From NCBI RefSeq assembly GCF_009914755.1, contig NC_060935.1: DNA of 64,000 bases; one strand, given 5' to 3'. Position numbers and translations under genes: made by a program. How positions within the stretch are numbered: position 1 is the first letter of the stretch; each line of letters starts with the position of its first letter. The stretch comes from the human T2T-CHM13v2.0 reference genome, Homo sapiens. Below, piece after piece: positions 13,150-29,420 of this stretch. The notes beneath the pieces are model-generated. The model saw nothing but the letters and a program-made list of their open reading frames with translations, had not been told where the DNA came from and ran no database searches.

Positions 13150-13480
13150 AGATGGGGACATAAGTTCTGGCTCAGCTGCTACATTGCTAGTGACAGACAA
13201 GCTCCCATCCCTCTCTGGGTCTCAATTCTCCCACTTGAAAAATGGAGTTGAGGGTAGCGGACCAGATGACGGTCAGAGTTAAATTCTATGCATAGGAAAG
13301 CAGCCTCGAGCAAGTGATTTAGGTATTCTGTGTCTTGGCTTCCTCAGCAGTAAAATGGGATTTAGCAGTACCAACCTCAGAGGATTGCCATGAGGATTAA
13401 ATGACACATGACATGCAGAGAGCTTATAACAATGTCTGGCATGTAGATAGTACTCAACAAATGCTAATTTTTAATATTAT
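13150..13480. mobile_element. MIR fragments downstream of the 115-nt exon
   Basis: cttcctcagcagtaaaatggga...aggattgccatgaggattaaatga...tagtactcaacaaatg. Confidence 0.7.
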
Positions 13481-13524
13481 TAACAGCGCCTATCCAGTTT
13501 GGTGACGACAGGATGTACCCCTCA

Positions 13525-13740
<216 letters not shown>

Positions 13741-13914
13741 CTATCCCCCAACTCGGGGAAAACACAGGTCTGGGTATCCAGGGGTCCTGCTTCATAGCTG
13801 TGGTTCATGGTCACTGGAGGCTGGTCCAGCCCTTTCCACTCTCCACTCAGGTGGCTGCCGCTCAGGGGTCTCGGCTCACTCTGCTGGTAGAGTAAGTACT
13901 ACTAGCAGATTAAC

Positions 13915-14110
13915 CGTGGCTCTGGAGTCTGACAGAAGACCTGGGTCCAAGCCCAGCTTTATCACTTATGAGATGTGCTTATCACCTGGAGCAAGTTATT
14001 TCACCTCAGTTTTCTCATCAGCAAACTGGGGATTAAATATTAATATGATGATGTATGTAACAGGCCTAGCATCATGCTTGGCATGGAATAAATGCTTAAT
14101 AAGTATAAAT
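13915..14110. mobile_element. MIR SINE
   Basis: gctctggagtctgacag..cctgggtccaagcccagct...cctcagttttctcatc. Confidence 0.7.
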
Positions 14111-15699
14111 TCCTTTCTCTTTCCTCTTGAAAAACGTTTTGCTCAAAAGAGAGCTATGAACACCCTCCATTTCAATTATGCTGCATTTCAATTAAACATA
14201 ATTATTCAGCAGTTCTTGCATGCCCAGCCTTGTGCATGGCCATGATGAAAGGGTGGGGCAGAGGAAGGAGGACTGTGCCCCGTTGCCTGGGAGGTTCTAG
14301 TTGATGCTGAGGGTCTGGCATGTCTGGCCCTGGGCTTCATCCACTTCACAAAAGGCAGCAGGAGAAGCCTAAGCTTGGTTGCCCGCACAGAAGAGGAGAC
14401 CCGGGCTTGCCCTCAGGCAGCTCAAAGTCAGGAGATGAGGCATGGCCTGCACACAAATACTTCGCAACCATTTTCCTCAAGGGTCCAAAGCATGAATGTT
14501 TATCTCTAGCACTGTATCTTTCACTAAAAACACAAAAACCTACTTGAAAACAAGTTTGGTGAATATAAGTCTGTCCTCTAAATCAATTATGAGCTCCCCA
14601 AGGACAGGCCCTATCTTTGACTCACTGCTATTTCTAGCATGGGTCCTGGCATAGTGGGGCATCTGGTGAGTGTTTGCAAAAATGACAAAGAGGAGAGAAT
14701 TAACAGCTAGATGGGGTGGTGTAGGAGTAGAGAAAGGAAAGACACATAAGTGTGGAACATCTGTTGGGGGGCTTTCTGGGGAACAGGAGGCTTGAAGAAG
14801 CTGGAGGAAGACTGGGCCAGGAGGGAGCCGTGGGACTGTCTGGAGAACAGGCAAGGAGGGGTGAGGGCAGGGACCTGATGGTAGAGTATTTGTGGAGGTT
14901 GGGAACTGGAGGGGAAGGAAGCAGATCTTGAAATGGAAAGGAATGACCAGGTCTTCAGGAGGCTCCTTTCCCCCAAGCCTGTAACACTAACATCTTTCTG
15001 GAAAGAGAGCTGTCAAAGTCAGGCCCTGTCACAAAAGTTGTGGTTGCAGATTGCTCTTGCGGGCAGAGTGGATAAAAAATACCTACTGCTTGGGCAGTGT
15101 TTTCCTGTTACAGTAGTGACCTTGACAGAAGTTAAAAAAAATAAATAGCAAACAATCCAATTTTGGCTGTTGCTATCAGTCTATAACTGAAAGCTCCCAT
15201 CAGTCCTGGGGTTTCATATGGAGCAATAATTCGGCGCCAATCCCAGTGGAGTGACACTTGCCGGTTGGAATCCAGAGTGTCACTGTGCAGCTCCCTCAGG
15301 CGCCACATACATCACTTGGCTCTGCCGACTTCAGCCATAGATCTGCTTTTTCCTCCTCCCTGCCCACCCAGCCCCGCTCAGCACTTAGGTCCACTGGGCT
15401 GGAGGCTCTGATGGTGAGATGCATACATACTGGCTGGGACAGTGCTGACTTGCAGTCGGGCAGGCCATGGAAGGAGCCTGAAGGGATGGAAGCTGGCTTG
15501 CAAGGGTTTGTTGGGTCAGTTTCCTCACTTCCCTTCAGTGATGAGTTCCAGAGTATGCCTGCCTCTGGGCCTTTGCTGACACTATTACCCTACTACAAAG
15601 GTCTTCTCTCTTCCCACCAACCTCCAATGTGGTACTGTCTAGGGAGTCTGTTGTAAGGCTTTGTGCCTACCCCAGACCCTGGGACCTCTGGTACACTTA

Positions 15700-16210
15700 A
15701 ATAACTTCCTGTTTGTCTCTCCTTCCTGGACCATGAGGTCACTGGTTACAAGACCATGTTTATTTCTCTCTATAGTTCCAGTGCCTAGCAAAGGGCCTGG
15801 CTCACAGCAGGCGTCAATTTGTGTTACTAACTGAATAAATGTGACTACCGTTTGTGGAATGGCTGCTGTATGCCAGGCACTGTACTCAGCACCTTATACA
15901 CAGCATCTGCTTTAATTCTTTCAGCTGTCTCCATCTGAGGTTTGGCTCTTCTTTTGGCTCACAGTGAGGCAAGTTGTGTACAAAAATATGCTTTGCTCCA
16001 GACAGACCTGAGTTCACCCCTCAACTTCATCTACTTCCTAGCTAGCTGACCTTGGGGAAGTTAAGCTCCCAGAATCTTAGTTTTCCTCATTAAAACGCAG
16101 GATAGTATTCATAGTTTTAGCCTGTAGGATCCTTGTGGAATGCCACAAGGTGAGGATTAAATGAGATAATGCATTAATATATAAGTTCTTAGCAGAGTCT
16201 CTGGCACATA
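15700..16210. mobile_element. L2 3' end followed by MIR fragments
   Basis: ccagtgcctagcaaagggcctggctcacagcaggcgtcaa (L2 terminus); gacctgagttca...gaccttggggaagtt...gaggattaaatgagataatgca (MIR). Confidence 0.65.
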
Positions 16211-17161
16211 GCATTAAGAGGTAGTCTGAGTGACCAAAATGGCTACCTTCTACCTAACCCTTATTAAACCTTTGATAAATGTGACTCCTCTTCTCCTTCA
16301 CTGCATTTTGATAACAGACTGTCTAATCTAGTGCCTTTTTGTTTTTGGTACTGGAATCCTTTAACTAATTTAATTGTGGGTGGAATTCCACAGATAATAA
16401 GAAGAGTTACCCTGGCTCAAGCCGAAGCCATGAGCCGAGTCCACTTGGTTGCTACCACTGCCCCAGAGGCGGCTCTCGAGGCTCCATCTCTAGGAACCCT
16501 AGGTCTGCAGGGTGCAGTCTCAACACTCACCCGGCTCTAGAGGTGCCTCCACTGCCTGAGGTGGCTCATCTTTGCTGTCAGTTTTCCTTACGTGATAGAG
16601 AATTCCACCTCTGGGTACCTTCCATCCATTGGTCTGTGGGGCCTCACATAACGTATCTTTTCCCTTTGCCACAGGCAAAGTCTAACATAACTTTTCTTTC
16701 CACTTTGTTGATTTGGGTATGACCAGTGTGGCCTCCCTGAGTCTTCTCTGGGGAAACACTTCTACTTCCTGTAACTCTTCTTCAGTGTCATGGTTTTAGG
16801 TTGTTTGGTATTCCTGTTTATTTCTTGGGCAAAGGAAAGGACTCCTTGACTTCTATGGAGGTGACAGGTGGGGTGGGGAGAGTTATACCGTGAACTGGTT
16901 AGTTTTCCAGGAGCTTTCTAGATGGTCTTGGGAAAGATTCAAACCATGGCCTAAATTTCAGTACATTCTGATTCTCCCCAGCCTGGAGTCCCAGATATCT
17001 ATGCCAATTCACTAAAACCTCAGAAAATGGATCAGACTTCTTGATAAAAATGTAAAGGACACTGAGATTAAGCCAGGCAGGCAGAAGATTACTGCTTCAT
17101 GCTCTTTTCACAATGCTTAGCACAGAGTTTGTGCTAAAAAACATATGAAATGAATGACTGA

Positions 17162-17473
<312 letters not shown>

Positions 17474-18863
17474 TGATTGACTTGTGCCCAGCCTTGTGAA
17501 AGGCTAGCCAGTGGAGTAAACTAGAGAAGGAAAAATACTTGAGATATATATATATATTCTATTTGGAGAAGAGGAGAAAGAAGGATGGGAGGAGCTTGGT
17601 AAGGGCTCTATAAATACTATTGTTCCTGTCTTTGAGGAGATGGGGAGGAAGGCTACAAGACGAGTTCAAGGCTCTGCTCTGATAGGGATCCACTAGAGAA
17701 GAAGAGAAGGCAGGAATTCAGCCTGCAGAAGCAGAGGGCACTGAGCTGAGAGGCACCGTAAAGGAGCCACCCAGGAGAGCAGGAGTCGGGGAGTGAGCAT
17801 CTTCTTAATAAAAGCCACACACAATTAGCTTCAGAAGCCCTCACCTGGAGCCATCAGCGACCAGCTTCCCATGCTGCATCTTGGCTGGGTAATTGCAGTC
17901 ACTGGTTTCCATCAGTCTTGATTTAATATGGCACCCCTCCTGGCTGTGAGTGCATTTACAGGAAAGGGCTGGGAGGCCGAGGCGAAGCCTAGCTGGGCTC
18001 GCTTTGCTTAGAGGTGGGTGGCTGGGCTGAGTGGCTCTGCGGGGGAGGGTTACAGAAGGGATATGGCAGGCATCCCAACTGTTGGGCATCCCTCAGGGCA
18101 GAGGTCTGACAGTGAATCTGCCAGTGTGTTCACTGAGGGGGCAGCTGGAGTAGGCAGAACAAGACCCTGGGCAAGAATGGGAAGGTAGGTATGGAGGGGG
18201 AAGAGAAGAGAGGCCAAGCTGCAGTTTGCCTCTCAAGGGGAGGTCAGGCCTATAGAGTCCACCTGCTACTCATAGATAAACTCGGGTATGCCCCATACTC
18301 CTGAATCCCTGACTCAGATGGTGACTCATATCACAGTCGGGGCTTCTACCATGTCCTGAAATGGTATGACATAGAGGCCTGGGAAGGGAGGTCAACAAAG
18401 GGAACAAGGGGGTAACAGATGAGATGGTGGGGGTGGGGATGACGATGGAGAAAGCCTGGTGGAGGGGAATGATAAAAGAGGAGCCCAGGAGTGCCAACAA
18501 AGAAGTCTAGGGGATGCAGAGCAGATGGGAACACAAGACTGGGAGATGAGAGAGGCACACAAGGAATTTGAAAGTCTCTTAAACTAGTCCACAAAGGACA
18601 CATCCCTGTAGAGGAAGGCCGAAAACAAAGCAGGTGTCAGCCCCTTCACACTTGGTAATCACTAGGTCGGCATCCCAGATTCCATTCTCCTCTCTTCCAG
18701 TCCATCCTCCTTTTGCTGCTAAAGCCAATATTTTAAACATGTAAATCTGATCATGTCACTCCTCTGCAAATAGCTAGGTGGATCAGAGACAAGACTGATG
18801 AGAGAAGGTTGAGGGGCAAAGAGTGGCTAAAGTGAGAAAATGAGTTTGTGCTCGTCTCAGGTG

Positions 18864-18942
18864 GAACTCCTGACCTCAGGTGATCCACCCGTCTTGGCCT
18901 CCCAAAGTGCTGGGATTACAGGTGTAAGCCACTGCGCCCGGC
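18864..18942 (-). mobile_element. Alu 5' fragment, part of a local duplication of 17393-17617
   Basis: About 80 bp of Alu left arm followed by the same unique flank as the Alu at 17164-17471. Confidence 0.9.
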
Positions 18943-19109
18943 AATGACTGACTAAATTTTAAAGACATGAGCCATGTGCCCAGCCTTGTGAAAGGCTAGC
19001 CAGTGGAGTAAACTAGAGAAGGAAAAATACTTGATATGTATATATTCTATTTGGAGGAGAGGAGAAAGAACGATGGGAGAAGCTTGGTAAGGGCTCTATA
19101 AATACAGGC

Positions 19110-21064
<1,955 letters not shown>

Positions 21065-24000
21065 GGGAAAGAGAAAGTTGGTCCCTAAAAAGCACTTAGC
21101 ACTGTATCTGGCCCATACCATAGTAAGCCACAGGGCCAAGTACAGAGCCAGGCACATGGCAAGCTGGCACCTGTAATGAGAGGCAAAGCAGAGAATGGGT
21201 TGAGTGAGGCCAAGGGGAGGAAGAACATAATCCTCCTACCCTCCTGTGTGCTCCCCCTCTCTCCTCCTGTAGGGCTGCACTCAGCTCTGAGAGGAGCACC
21301 CAGGCTCTCAGCCTGGAATGCGGGCCCAGGGGAGCATCACATCCCCAGCTACCCCTGAAGCAAATGAAAAAATATAGATAGGAAATGTGCTTGTGATCCT
21401 GTCACTGGGATATGCAAATAAAATATATAGGATAGGCCTATCTGCCTAATATTCCTGCCGATGCATTCTTTGGGTGTGATTAAAATGAGCAATAAATTCC
21501 TCGTGAGTCTCGGTGCAGTGAGGATTGGGAGTGGAGATGCAGGCTGGCACGAGCACGTTCCCCTCAGCTGAATATTCATCATGGGATAGCTCCACATATT
21601 TTTGTTTTATCTGCTATCATGTCAACAGAGATATATTTCTACCTCTCCTTCATCTCTTAGTTAAGACATGAAAATGGTCCTGGCTTTAAGTATTAAACTC
21701 TCCATCTATTGAAATCCTTCAAGGTGAGATTACAGGCTACCTCCTCTTTGAAGCCTGCCCTGCTCTCTCTGCCAGGAGGTGATCCACGCTTTCTTGGAGA
21801 CTCTACCAACTCTGCGAACCCTCCTAAGACAAATCAGTCTGCAGGTATCAGAGCTAAGAGTGCCTGCCTCTCCCCCAGCCAGATGGCAAACTCAGGGACA
21901 GGGGCTGGGCCTCATCACCTCTGGATATTCTCAGGGGGCCTAAGGAGGCTTCGGCGCACAGAATGCTGAGAGAACTGAGGAAGCCAACAGTGAGGGACAC
22001 ATCATTCAGACCACTTAAGGTGACAGAGATTCTAGGGTAAATGATGCATTTTAAAGGGCAGAATTAAATAAAAAAATAGGCTTATGGATAATTTTAAATG
22101 GAAAAATCACCAATAATATTAAGTGAATAAAAACCAAATTCCAAATATAGAATAGGATTGTAACTCCTTCAGGGCCAAGTAGGAAACAAAAGTGTCTGAT
22201 AATCGAGGACATAATATAAGAGGGAATGGGGGGCCCTGTGGCTGGACAGTGCACACTCCCAATCCCCAAGGCATTACCTTCACATTTTTGGAAAACTCTG
22301 GGTGGCTATATAAAATGCGGCTGCCAGTCTGAGACTCCTGGTATATATGGTGGACTGTCAACCACATTTTTTACAAAAAAGGCCATCTATATAACTATAC
22401 ATAGATATGATCCAGAGAAGGCTAATACAGTATCATAAGAGGAAACCTATTGTTCAATTCCTAATAGTCACTTATAACAACTTGGTTTTCTGTAAATCAT
22501 CTGCTTGCTTTCCTGCAGCTTTAGTTTTCCCATCTGAAACAGGGGTAACAAGAACTACTTCACAGATTTGCTACAGGGTTAGAAAAATATGTATTTGAGC
22601 ACCTGGCACACTACCTAGATGCATTTGATAAAAACAGTATCTATCATTGTTATAATTAATTAAAAATATTAATAGTGGTTATGTCTTGGTAGGAGGGCTA
22701 GAGTCTTTGAATTAAATTCAGCTCAGTTGTCATCTCTTCCAGGAAGTCTTCCTTGATAAGTCATACCACTGATGACTCAGTGGTGTCATGGTTTACTTGC
22801 CTGTCTCCCTATCAGACTATAGCTCCTTGAGTGTTTTACTCATCAGTCTTCTTCCCATCTAGCCCAGAACCTGGCACATAGATGTCATTCATAAATATGT
22901 ACTATATTATTTATTTCTCTTCATTTTACTTTTCTGTATCTCTAAAACTTCTATAATGGGACATACAACTTTAATACAAGTTTTCTATGAGCATAATTTG
23001 ACTACAGAGTGGTAGGTGGAGGTGGAGGAGGCTGAGCAGGGTGGCAGGGGGATGCTGAGCAGAGAGAAGGGGAGCCAGATAAGATCAGAGTGACAGCAAC
23101 CCATGTCTAGACAAAGAGCCAGGAGATGGGGCCCAGGCTGGAGCTTCAGCAGCCTCCAGGCCTGAGTCATTATGTTACAGATGCAGGGCCTGAACTCAGA
23201 GGCAGCTGCTTCTTACTTACTGGCAGAGGGAGAAGAAACCAGGTCTAAAATGGTGTTCTTCCCACAAAAGCCTGCCTCACAATTTTGAAGAGGAAGCTTT
23301 TTGCAGTTTGGAGGAAAAATGCAGAACAGAATGAATGGGTGACCAAGTAGATGCTGAACAACTCAGAGAAAGCCAATGCCGTTGGCATCCAGGGAGGGCT
23401 GAGGAGTGCTTCACATAGGTAGAATCTGATGGGACAGCAAAGCAATTAGGTGGAGATGCTCAGTGGACACATTCAGAATGGAGAAAGTCCAGACTGGATG
23501 AAGGGATCAAGTGCACAGAGTGACAACGGATGAAATGATCTTCCAGCTGAGAGCTAGGGAATCCCTGGACTGGCTCCAAGTGGTCTTCTTAGCCTCTAAG
23601 GCAGCCCCTCCATGGTGGGACAGCTGTGTTAGGGGCTCTTCCCTGAAGCTGCTGCCCAATAAGCCTAGCCACTCTGGCTCTGCCATGGAATAAATCTCAC
23701 TCCCTCTCACTCAGAGCTGTTTCTATGCTCTTCCTCTTCTGGCCAGATGCCCTATTACCATCAGCTTTCTCTCATGGCATAGTTCCTCCTGCCACCCTAC
23801 TGCCCTTTTCTGCACAGATTCTAAGAGATCAATGTCTACTTCGAATATGGTGTCTGTAATTGCCCTCCATGCTCCAGAAGGGTCTGACTGGCACAGGGGA
23901 TTGCAACTGCCATTTGTTCACTCTGGACATTAGCCCTGTAATAATGTGGCCAACTTCAAGCCACTTCCCTTGGGCAGCTAAATTTTGTGAAGGGTCCCTC

Positions 24001-24449
24001 AGTGGGCCTAACCCCTCCACCAGCGCTGGCACTAAGGGGCCTGTTCTCTTGCTTCAGTGGCCAGACCAGTACCTGCTCTATGTCACACAAGCTCAAAAGC
24101 TACAGGTACTCTTGGCCAAGTCTAGGGCTGGTCTCTCAGGCAAAAGCCACTGGGCTTGAAAGGGGAGCTGATGATGAGCATGCAGTCCCTAAGATTATGC
24201 ACAACAGTGCTGAGGGATTTCCTTAAGGCACTTAAGGAAGTTGACCTGACCTCCTGACCTGCTCCTAGGACAGAAAAATCTGAACAAAAGGAAAGAAGCA
24301 TTTGCCCTCTGAAATTTAGTAGTTCTTTCTGGTCACAAGGGCCCCCGGGGATGGGCTGTGAAAAGCTAGTCACCCTTCCTAATTCCTTCCCTTCTCCAGA
24401 AGAAACTACTGCAAAACAGTTACTAAAAATACCAGGGAGGCAAACTCTG

Positions 24450-24858
24450 TATGGTTCATGTTGATTACCAAATATTTCCAGCTCTCCCATTCTAGGCACA
24501 TGGTAGGATCACTCTTCTTGGCCCCCCTTATGATTGGTTTGAAACATGGGATTAGTTCTGGCCAATGAATAGTGAGTGGAAGAAAAGGATCCTCCTTCTA
24601 GGCTGAGCATTTAACTGCAGATGTAAGACCCTTCAGAGCATCCTTTTCCCTCTGGCAAGCAACTAGCAACATTCCAGTGGGTGGCTGCTCTGCCTGCTGG
24701 GATCCCTAAGTGCCTAGGATGAACAGAGTCTGCCCCTCACCCACAACCACAAGGAACATGCAACATAAGGCAAAAATAAATCTTATTTTGTTTTGTTTTA
24801 AACCACTGAAATTTGGGGTTGTTACAATAGCATAATCTAGCTTATCCTGACTGATCCA
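24450..24858 (+). mobile_element. MaLR solo LTR (MLT1J/H-like)
   Basis: ttctggccaatgaa.agtgagtggaag; aaccactgaaatttggggttgttacaatagcataatctagcttatcctgactgat.ca terminus. Confidence 0.75.
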
Positions 24859-25983
24859 TAGACAATCATATGTTGCCTAGAACATTAGAAACCATTTAGT
24901 ACAATGTTTTCATATCACAGAAGACTGAGCTTTAATGAGGGGATGTGGTAGCCCAAGGTCACATGGGCAGTGAGTGGTGAAGCTAGGATCAGAACCCACA
25001 TCTCTTCAGTCTCAGTCCAGGGAGCTAAGTGCTTGGACTCAAGACAGAGAATATTTGCCACTAGGTGGGACCTGCCACACTGAATCATCTCAAGGTACTT
25101 CAGCCAATTTGTGGATAACAGACTCCATGAGGCTGGAAAGGGCACAAAAGTCAAAAACCAGGTCTTCCAGTCCCCGTCCTGCCACTGAACCTACCACATG
25201 ACCTGTAGTCAAGCCTATTATGTTCAGTTTTGATGCTAACTCACTCTGGGACCAAAGGCAAGCCACATCACAGCCCTGGGCTCCAGTTTCTCCAGGAGTA
25301 AAATAAGTCAGCTGATTTAGGTTTCAGAGATTGAAACTTGTGGCAACAGCAGAGTCCCCTCAGAGGCTGCCCCAGGAGTGAAGGGCAGGCCACGTGGGCA
25401 GTGCTCTAGTCCATCTCTCTCCTTCAACTCGAACAACTCAATTTTCCTCTGATTTATTGGCTTATGTTTTTGTAAGATTTCCCATCACTGGACTTGATTT
25501 CTAAGGTCCTTGCCAGCTCTCAGATTTGTGATTCTAGTTCTTGGATTCTGTCCAGTAGTTCCTGAGTTACAGCTCTGTGGCTGGGAGAGGTGGAAGACTT
25601 AGCCCTGTTTTCAGGAGTTCAAAAGTTTGGTTGGGAAAACAGAATTAGAATGGAGGGTTTTTTGGCTCAGATTCTATACTAGGCTTTCTGGAGTGTGTGT
25701 GGAGGGGAGGGGTGAAGGAATAGTTCTAGAAAGAATGATGATAAGAAAAGATTGTTTGATGAGACTGTAGAATACATGAGGCCTAGGAAAAATATGACCA
25801 AAATCTTTGCTTGGGCTAAGGATTTTGTCTGGCTAGAACCCCCTCCTCTGAAAAGGACCTGGGAGATCCATCACTTCATAAACCAAATTTAAAGGTAATG
25901 CTCAGAAGCCAGAAGTGGCCAAGGCCGCTCCCTGGTCATGATAGGGGCAGCTTCCTATTCTTGATGAGACTGGGGGCTGGATT

Positions 25984-26053
25984 TGTATTTAAACAGATAA
26001 TAATCAACAGATAATAATACAGATAATATCTGTATTTAAACAGATAATAATCA
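25984..26053. repeat. Complex micro-duplication (TGTATTTAAACAGATAATAATCA x2 with internal ACAGATAAT copies)
   Basis: Direct reading of the sequence. Confidence 0.9.
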
Positions 26054-26159
26054 CCTAAGGAGAAGTGGCCTTTGGTGTAAAGCCTGACATAATTTAATGA
26101 GTGAAGGATTAAATGATGCATGGAGTACCCACAGGCCTCCTCCCTTCCCTGAGACTTAC

Positions 26160-26257
26160 CTTGGCTTCAGAAGTCCTCAGAAGCTTCATCACTTCCCCTT
26201 CTCGGGCATAATCCAAGGGTGTGTGTCCCATTTCATTCCTCTGCAGGGGGTTGGCTC
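26160..26257 (-). CDS. CLPB: CLPB coding exon, 98 nt, phase 1-0; (G)[32 protein letters not shown], end of ankyrin domain
   Basis: Acceptor ccttcttctcttgccag|GA, donor AAG|gtaagt; GANP...GHTPL ankyrin motif. Read directly from the sequence; not in the ORF track. Confidence 0.98.
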
Positions 26258-26404
26258 CTGGCAAGAGAAGAAGGATAAACAGAGGCTCTATGAACGATCA
26301 GTGGGACCTCAGCCTTCCGTTGGAGGTGGCTTAAGGCTCTGATTTCTATGTTGGGAATGTCCATGGACACCTACAAATGGTGGAAAAACATGGTACTGGG
26401 GCTC

Positions 26405-26620
26405 CTACATGTGCATGCACACATGTTCGATAACATACTACACACATGTAGATGTGTTATACATACACAAACACACACAGTTGAACATGCTAAGAAAGTA
26501 TGCCAAACAAATACACAGGTTAATATACCGCAGCACAAATACATGTAAACATACAATTTCATACATGTATTCATTAAAATGTCCATATTTTCCAACATAT
26601 CAGCATACAGATAAACATTC
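26405..26620. repeat. Degenerate (CA/TA)n low-complexity tract
   Basis: tacacacatgtagatgtgttatacatacacaaacacacac... alternating purine-pyrimidine composition. Confidence 0.6.
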
Positions 26621-27577
26621 ATTCATGAAGCCATATAAAGGGTTCCTTTCTAAGGCAGAGAATATCCCAAATAACAATTAAATGGTTCCCCTTCTTTCTG
26701 TTTTCTGCTACTCTCCTTTTATGCTCTCTGACCTCTGGGCATTTCCTGTCTGTCTGAGTCAGCTGAGTCCCCTGGAAGGGCATGGGCACCACCAGCAACC
26801 TGTCTATGCCACTCTGGCTGTTGGTGGGTGAGTGCATGTGGCTGGGTATTTCCTCCAATCATTAGTTCCTGTGACTTAAGGACAAAGACTTTGAGTATGA
26901 CAAGAAGAAGGGGTTAGCTTGGGGCCATGTATCTACCTTCTCTCTAAGTACTGGCAGCTGACAAGCCTGTATCAAGTGTCTACTTTGTGCCAGCCTTGGC
27001 AGTTATGGAGGAAAGGTCACTCTGACTCTGTGCTGTCACAGCCTTCCCAAAGCCCATGTGTAAGCACCTCACTCTCTTCTTCGAAAACCATCCATTCCAT
27101 TCAAGTCGGCAGACCCTGAATGAATGGGGCCTGAGGATGCAGAAGAATCAGATCTGGCCCTGCCCTTTAGGGAAGGGCAGGAAGACAGAAACATAATTAG
27201 AAAGCTGCTTTGTACACAGCAGATGCTTAATAAATGTGTGTTACACAGAACATTAAGGTAATAATTATCTAGTATTTTTTGAGCTTCTCTCTTGCTCAGG
27301 AAGTACTGTCTGAAGTAAAGAAGGTTAAGACTCAGTCCCTGCCATAGGATAGAATGGGCTGGCTGGGAAACCAATTAGCACAGGGCATGGCTCAGGGTAG
27401 GTGTCCAGCCACTGTTGATGTACAGTAAAAACCAGTATTTCTCAATCCAGTATGTGAAAACATTTATATCATGATACAGAAGTATTCCTATTGCAAGTCT
27501 CTACTTTAAAAATTTTTTTATTAAAATTTTAATTAAAAATTTTTAATTAAACTTTTTTAATCAAAAAAATTTTTTTT

Positions 27578-27995
<418 letters not shown>

Positions 27996-28012
27996 ACAAG
28001 TCTCTACTTCTT

Positions 28013-28328
28013 CTTTTCTTTTCTGTTTTTTTTTTTTTTTTTTTTTTGAGACAGGGTCTCACTCTGTTGCCCAGGCTGGAGTGCAGTGGCGTGATATCTG
28101 TTCACTGCAACCTCCACCTCCTGGGATCAAGCTATTCTCCACCTCAGCCTCCTGAATAGCTAGGATCACAGGCATGTGCCACCATGCCTGGCTAATTTTT
28201 GCATTTTTAGTAGAGATGGGGTTTCATCATGTTGGCCAGGCTGGTCTCAAACTCCTGACCTCAGGTGATCCTCCAACCTTGGTCTCCCAAAGTGCTGGGA
28301 TTATAGGTGTGAGCCACCATGCCCAGCC
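28013..28328 (-). mobile_element. AluS/J, full length, TSD ACA(A)GTCTCTACTTCTT
   Basis: Canonical antisense Alu dimer. Confidence 0.95.
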
Positions 28329-28589
28329 ACAGTCTCTACTTCTTAAAAGACCCTATCAACTTATGAACAACAGTAACCATTTATTAAGCATTTACATGTG
28401 GCTGTCTGCCTGAGAGGCAGAGGAAGTGGCTAAAGCTCTATAGCGATGTGGGAGGTGGAGGGGGAAGGGGCAGGCCATAGGAAATACAATCCAGGTGAAG
28501 GAAACTTTTATTATCAGTAAGAAAAAACTAAGTTTTTTTTACACAGTACTATCTTCTAACAGGAATTTAGTGCAGAATATTGATAAATA

Positions 28590-29420
28590 TATTGTTTTTT
28601 ATTAAGATACAATTCACACACCATAAAATTAAACCTTTCAAAGTATATAATTCAAGGCCGGGCACAGTGGTTCATGCCTGTAGTCCCAGCAATTTGGGAG
28701 GCTGAGGTGGGCGGATCACTTGAGGCCAGGAGTTCGAGACCAGCCTGGCCAACATGGTGAAACCCCATCTCTACTAAAAAAAAAAAAAAAAAAATTAGCC
28801 AGGCATGGGGGCACATGCCCGTAATCCCAGCTACTCGGAAGGCTGAAGCACAAGAATTGCATGAACCCAGGAGGCAGGGGCTGCAGTCAGCTGGGATCAC
28901 GCCACTGCACTCCAGTCTGGGCAACAGAGCAAGGCCTTGTCTAAAAAATGGAAAGGAAAGGAAAAAGGAAAGAAAAAAGGAAAGGAAAAAGGAAAGCAAA
29001 GGAGGTATACAATTCAGTGGTTTAAAATATACCATTCCAGAACATTTTCACCCTCCTCCAAAAGAAATTCCCTATCTATTATCAGACACTCCCCCTACCC
29101 CCAGCCCCAGCAACCATTAGTTTACTTTCTGTCTATGGATTTGCCTATTCTGGATACTTCCTATGAATGGAGTTGTATAATATGTGGCCTTTTGTGTCTG
29201 ACTTTTTCAGGCTTACCAGAATGTTTTCAAGGTTCATCCATGTGGTAGCATGGCTGAATAATACTCCATTCTGTGGATATACTACATTTTGTTTTTCTAT
29301 CAGGTGATGATCGACATTTAAGCTATTTCCCCTTTTTGGCTATTATATAAACAGTGCCATGAACATTCACACACAAGTCTTTGTGTAGATGTATGTTTTC
29401 ATGTCTCCTGGGCAGATAAT
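28590..29420 (-). mobile_element. L1MB-like 3' region, interrupted by an Alu
   Basis: gatacaattcacacaccataaaatt...tacaattcagtgg; ctttctgtctatggatttgcctattctgga; ttttcaaggttcatccatgt. Confidence 0.8.
28656..28999 (+). mobile_element. Alu (S/J) with (GGAAA)n tail
   Basis: Canonical Alu; TSD about GTATA(T/C)AATTCA. Confidence 0.93.
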
